From positions 26,926,771 to 26,979,486 of the forward strand of contig NC_069002.1 of assembly GCF_001194135.2 (NCBI RefSeq): 52,716 bases of DNA, given 5' to 3'. Of the stretch, positions 50,027 through 52,716 are shown piece by piece. Within the stretch, counting starts at the first letter, position 1, and each line of letters begins with the position of its first letter. The notes beneath the pieces are model-generated. The model was not told where the DNA came from and did no database searches. It saw nothing but the letters and a program-made list of their open reading frames with translations. A program made the translations under genes and the position numbers. Source of the DNA: Octopus bimaculoides (lineage: Eukaryota).

Positions 50027-50560
50027 CAGTGTTTCTCCAACCATTTTTTACTTGTGGAACCCTTGTGGAACCCACTTTACGTTGATGTAAGAAGAGGGAA
50101 ACGTCATCACACACTGTCAACTTGCTCGCAGACACTGGCCTGGAATGTATCCAGGACCTCAAGGCAGTGATGTTGGACCTGGAGATGTGGCAGGTGGACT
50201 TTGTTGCTGCAGCCCAGGTTGGAACCTGGTCATAAAGAAAAGAAAGAATGGGCCCTTTGATTCTTAGTTTACTCTTATGGACCCTCGCAAACCATTCAAC
50301 ATTTAAAAAAAAAAAATCCTTTCATATTTCTATAATTAGATATCATAAGGAATTGTATAAAAGATTGCTAAAATATTTTGTGTATGGTGGAAGTGGAACC
50401 AATTTATTGTTCATAAATTTTAACAACAAAACCATATATGGACCCTGCAAGAGTCTTATGGACCCCAAAGGATTATATGCGCCCTCAAGGGCAATACAGA
50501 CCTCCAAGGACAATATGCCCTCCTCCAAGGGCAAATATGGACCACAATGGAGAACCACTG
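50027..50560 (+). mobile_element. Old hAT-like MITE with a nested fragment of a different RTE-type 3' end (~50075-50250)
   Basis: CAGTGTTTCTCCAACC ... GGAGAACCACTG; no clear TSD. The insert reads LLADTGLECIQDLKAVMLDLEMW...* followed by an (AAAG) tail. Confidence 0.55.
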
Positions 50561-50818
50561 ATCCATTCTATTACTCTCTCTTATATTCATTTTGCACCTT
50601 GACCTCACAGCTCTCTACCCCCCTCTCTCTCTCTCTTTCTTCAGATGGGCAAGCTACATATCCATCTCTTCAGCAATGGTACACACAAATATAAAGATGG
50701 TCTGTGTAAGACAACCCCGCAGTACCTGAGGTACGCTTAGGCTAAAACTGGCTCAAAAACTGAAATGAAAGAATAAAAAGAAAAAGAAAAAAAAAGGGAA
50801 GTGAGTCTGTGTTCTTAC

Positions 50819-50890
50819 CACTTTGTGCATTCTTATCAAGAAGTTCATCAAAAAGTTTGGAATGGATATGTCTGGGTAGATCTTCTATAT
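50819..50890 (-). CDS. ZRANB1: ZRANB1 exon, 72 nt (segment just N-terminal to the OTU core)
   Basis: Acceptor ttcattgcag|AT; donor AGTG|gtaaga. Encodes (D)IEDLPRHIHSKLFDELLDKNAQS(E), matching TRABID DIEDLPPTVQEKLFDEVLDRDVQKE. The final G joins AA of the 199-nt exon to give Glu. Confidence 0.93.
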
Positions 50891-51035
50891 CTGCAATGAA
50901 ATGGAGAAAGGTGTTTTGTAACTGCAAAGTTATGAAAATTTAACTTTCAGCTGAAAGATGTTATATTATCATATGTTATACACCGTTTAATCAGGCTGGT
51001 AGCTCTCTGATAGAGGGCAAGTTTAACAAATCTCT

Positions 51036-51078
<43 letters not shown>

Positions 51079-51096
51079 GTGTGTGTGTGTGTGTGT

Positions 51097-51997
51097 GTGC
51101 AGGAATGGCTGTGTGGTAAGAAGCTTGCTTCCCAACCACATGGTTCCAGGTTCAGTCCCACTGTGTAGCNNNNNNNNNNNNNNNNNNNNNNNNNNNNNNN
51201 NNNNNNNNNNNNNNNNNNNNNNNNNNNNNNNNNNNNNNNNNNNNNNNNNNNNNNNNNNNNNNNNNNNNNNNNNNNNNNNNNNNNNNNNNNNNNNNNNNNN
51301 NNNNNNNNNNNNNNNNNNNNNNNNNNNNNNNNNNNNNNNNNNNNNNNNNNNNNNNNNNNNNNNNNNNNNNNNNNNNNNNNNNNNNNNNNNNNNNNNNNNN
51401 NNNNNNNNNNNNNNNNNNNNNNNNNNNNNNNNNNNNNNNNNNNNNNNNNNNNNNNNNNNNNNNNNNNNNNNNNNNNNNNNNNNNNNNNNNNNNNNNNNNN
51501 NNNNNNNNNNNNNNNNNNNNNNNNNNNNNNNNNNNNNNNNNNNNNNNNNNNNNNNNNNNNNNNNNNNNNNNNNNNNNNNNNNNNNNNNNNNNNNNNNNNN
51601 NNNNNNNNNNNNNNNNNNNNNNNNNNNNNNNNNNNNNNNNNNNNNNNNNNNNNNNNNNNNNNNNNNNNNNNNNNNNNNNNNNNNNNNNNNNNNNNNNNNN
51701 NNNNNNNNNNNNNNNNNNNNNNNNNNNNNNNNNNNNNNNNNNNNNNNNNNNNNNNNNNNNNNNNNNNNNNGTGTGTGTATCTTTGAATCTGTGTTTGTCC
51801 CCCCCACCTCATTACTGCTTGACAACCGGTGATGGTGCATTTACGGCCCTGTAACTTAGCAGTTCGGCAAAAGAGGCTGATAGGATAAGCACTAAGATTA
51901 CAAAGAATAAGCTCTGGTGTTGATTTGTTCAACTACAACTCTTTGAGACAGTGCTCCAGCATGGCCGCAGTTAAATGACTGAAACAAGTAAAAGAAT
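51097..51997 (+). mobile_element. SINE family A, full length, with its centre in a 601-nt gap
   Basis: Head at 51097-51169, 3' half at 51771-51997. Confidence 0.85.
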
Positions 51998-52001
51998 ACA
52001 C

Positions 52002-52040
<39 letters not shown>

Positions 52041-52041
<1 letters not shown>

Positions 52042-52198
52042 GGCTTCTTTCAGTTTCCATCTACCAAATTCACTCACAAGGCTTTTTTCACTCAGGAGCA
52101 ATAATAGAAGACTCTTGTTCAAAGTGCCATGCAGTGGGACTGAACCTGGAAACAAAGTGGTTGGCAAGCAAACCTTTTACCACACAGCCACGTCTGCT
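52041..52198 (-). mobile_element. SINE family A 5' half, inverted relative to the 51097 copy
   Basis: gggcttctttcagtttccatctaccaaattc ... accacacagccacgtctgc. Confidence 0.85.
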
Positions 52199-52716
52199 TC
52201 ATTTAATTAAGAAGTTAGCGTTTAAAATAGGGCAGAGAGAGGGGAAAAAAATAACCATGTGACCTATCGTTCACAAAGACAAACAGACATTTAGAATACA
52301 AACGCAATGTTGGACACTTTTGTTCAGGGCCTTTACACAATTGCGATTCGAATATCAGAGAAGATACAATCATTACTGACTGTTCTAATGTTAATTTCTG
52401 CTAATTAACAATATAACGAATGATGTGATGTGTAACAATCCCAGGGCAGAATAAATAATTATAGATGTGAAGTAATTATAAGCATGAGTCATTAAGAGGA
52501 AACAGAAGAGAAACGAGGTTGGTGGAACAATTTAATCCCAGGTGTTTTCTTGTAGTACAATAGGACGAAAGCCCTTGTTTATTTATTTAGTAATATATGG
52601 CTAATTCTATAACATCTACAACTTAATACATACATATGTATATATGTATGCATGTATGTATATATGTGTGTCTGTATAAATGTGTATATGTATACACACA
52701 TATATATATATATATA

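Larger units (their letters stand above)
547..50890 (-). other. ZRANB1: Partial ZRANB1/TRABID gene span (5 internal coding exons, 4 complete introns)
   Basis: Exons join in frame: DIEDLPRHIHSKLFDELLDKNAQS-ELEVEESIINWSLEL...AGDCLLDSV...GAM-MFYPRWKEY...LASQP-GASLEQMH...ARFQ-GVYLPLLWERSF...YTRGHFSAL...FLSRSE. This is collinear with the vertebrate TRABID OTU domain as I recall it. Intron lengths are 35436, 9903, 2204 and 2055 nt. Confidence 0.96.

Noticed and set aside
1089-51932. Long ORFs made of X runs
   Set aside because: They only span N-gaps.
1-52716. CRISPR array, prokaryotic operon or a new multi-gene system
   Set aside because: No regular repeat-spacer array and no intronless long ORFs; everything fits a eukaryotic intron-rich locus.

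Overview
AT-rich, repeat-dense animal genomic scaffold with 13 N-gaps. The repeat landscape looks like an octopod cephalopod, probably Octopus; this is inferred from recalled repeat families, not from a search. The only protein-coding content I can support is five minus-strand exons (50890-50819, 15382-15184, 5280-5162, 2957-2832, 776-547; 746 nt) of ZRANB1/TRABID, an OTU-family deubiquitinase. All have canonical AG/GT boundaries and join in frame, and they encode the catalytic Cys (GDC) and His (GHF). The N-terminal NZF/AnkUBD exons and the last exon lie outside the window. The rest is intron (2055, 2204, 9903 and 35436 nt), filled with three tRNA-derived SINE families, 5'-truncated RTE LINE ends, piggyBac, hAT and Tc1-mariner MITEs, a non-autonomous Helitron and microsatellites. 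I found no new multi-gene system. The best leads are: candidate recursive (AG|GT) splice sites or a 9-nt microexon in the long introns; a composite piggyBac MITE dimer carrying foreign DNA; an insertion hot spot inside a hAT MITE; a ~350-nt intronic foldback; and module sharing between SINE families. Repeat boundaries are by eye and approximate unless a TSD is quoted.
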